Positions 63,340-64,000 of a stretch of DNA of 64,000 bases are shown in pieces. Every line of letters starts with the position of its first letter. The first letter of the stretch is position 1. Made by a program: the position numbers and the translations under genes. The notes beneath the pieces are model-generated. The model was not told where the DNA came from. It made no database searches and saw only the letters and a program-made list of their open reading frames with translations. The stretch comes from the human T2T-CHM13v2.0 reference genome, Homo sapiens. The stretch is taken from the NCBI GenBank assembly GCA_009914755.4, contig CP086569.2, positions 20,224,001 through 20,288,000 on the forward strand, read 5' to 3'.

Positions 63340-64000
63340 ATTTATTTCTTGACTGACTTACTCTTACTTTAAGCTTTGAAATAAATGTGCAGAATGTGCA
63401 GGTTTTTTACATGAGTGCAGTGGTGGTTTGCTGCAGCTATTGACCTGCCATCTAGACTTTAACCCCTGCATGCCTTACATTTTGTCCTGATGCTCCATCT
63501 TCCCTCCAACCCCAACAGGCCCAGGTGTGTGTTGTTCATCTTCTTGTATTCATGTGTTCATATTTTTCAACTCTCACTTGTAAGTTAGAACATGTGATGT
63601 TTGATTTTCTATTCCTATGTTAGTTTGCTGAGCATGATAGCTTCCAGAATAATCTGTGTCTCTGAAAATGACATAATCTCATTCCTATTATGGCTGCATA
63701 GTATTCCATGGTGTATATGTACCATATTTTATTTATCCAGTCTATTATTGCTGGACATTTTGGTTCATTTCGTGTCTTTGCTATTGTGAACAGTGCTGCA
63801 ATAAACATACATGTGCATGTATCTTTATAATAGAATAATTTATATTCTTTTATGTATATACCCAGTAATGAGATTGCTAGATCAAATGGTATTTCTGGTT
63901 CTAGCTCAGTGAGGAATGGTCACACTGTCTTCCACGGTGGTTGAAACAATTTACATTCTCACCAACAATAGAAAAGATTTCCTGTTTCTCCAATACCTTG
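63340..64000 (-). mobile_element. L1 (L1PB/L1MA-like) 3' portion, running off the window edge
   Basis: tttaagctttgaaataaatgtgcagaatgtgcaggttttttacatgagtgcagtggtggtttgctgcagctattgacctgccatctagactttaacccc...cccaggtgtgtgttgttcatcttcttgtattcatgtgttcatatttttcaactctcacttgtaagttagaacatgtgatgtttgattttc...ccattctcaccaacaatagaaaagatttcc. Confidence 0.8.

Overview
This window is primate, almost certainly human or great-ape, nuclear DNA. It is AT-rich, gene-poor, and about two-thirds interspersed repeats, mostly LINE-1. I could not support any cellular protein-coding exon from sequence alone. Nearly every ORF in the six-frame track is a decayed fragment of L1 ORF1p/ORF2p, an ERV pol remnant, Alu-derived, or the GAPDH pseudogene. 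The track also uses alternative start codons, for example GTG read as M at 60588.

I can recognise these elements:
- A degenerate class-I ERV provirus at 1-5957, with LTRs at both ends (the 5' LTR is cut by the window edge). Its pol carries a nested Alu and a nested LTR12.
- A 5'-inverted, twin-priming-type L1 at 6645-12007. An old GAPDH processed pseudogene (10037-11314) sits inside it.
- A second, small 5'-inverted L1 at 13405-14128.
- Two THE1/MST-like MaLR solo LTRs.
- A full solo LTR12 at 34172-34990.
- Several L1PA, L1PB/L1MA and L1M copies, many nested in one another. Two are near full length: L1PA(+) at 42569-47996 with a 15-bp candidate TSD, and a young-looking L1PA(-) at 55821-61856. 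The latter has a complete 5'UTR, a CGA>TGA nonsense mutation in ORF1 and a multiply frameshifted ORF2.
- Seven Alus. One is an AluY at 36234-36543 with a perfect 15-bp TSD and a 30-nt pure A tail.
- Simple repeats: (GATA)12, (TTTC)n, (TTTTGA)4, a 33-bp tandem triplication, and a roughly 36-nt poly-T expansion inside an L1.

There is no CRISPR array, operon or other prokaryotic-style system here. The interesting material is the transposable-element archaeology and a few possibly polymorphic insertions and STRs. Coordinates are from manual reading and are approximate to about +/-10 bp unless a junction is quoted in the evidence.
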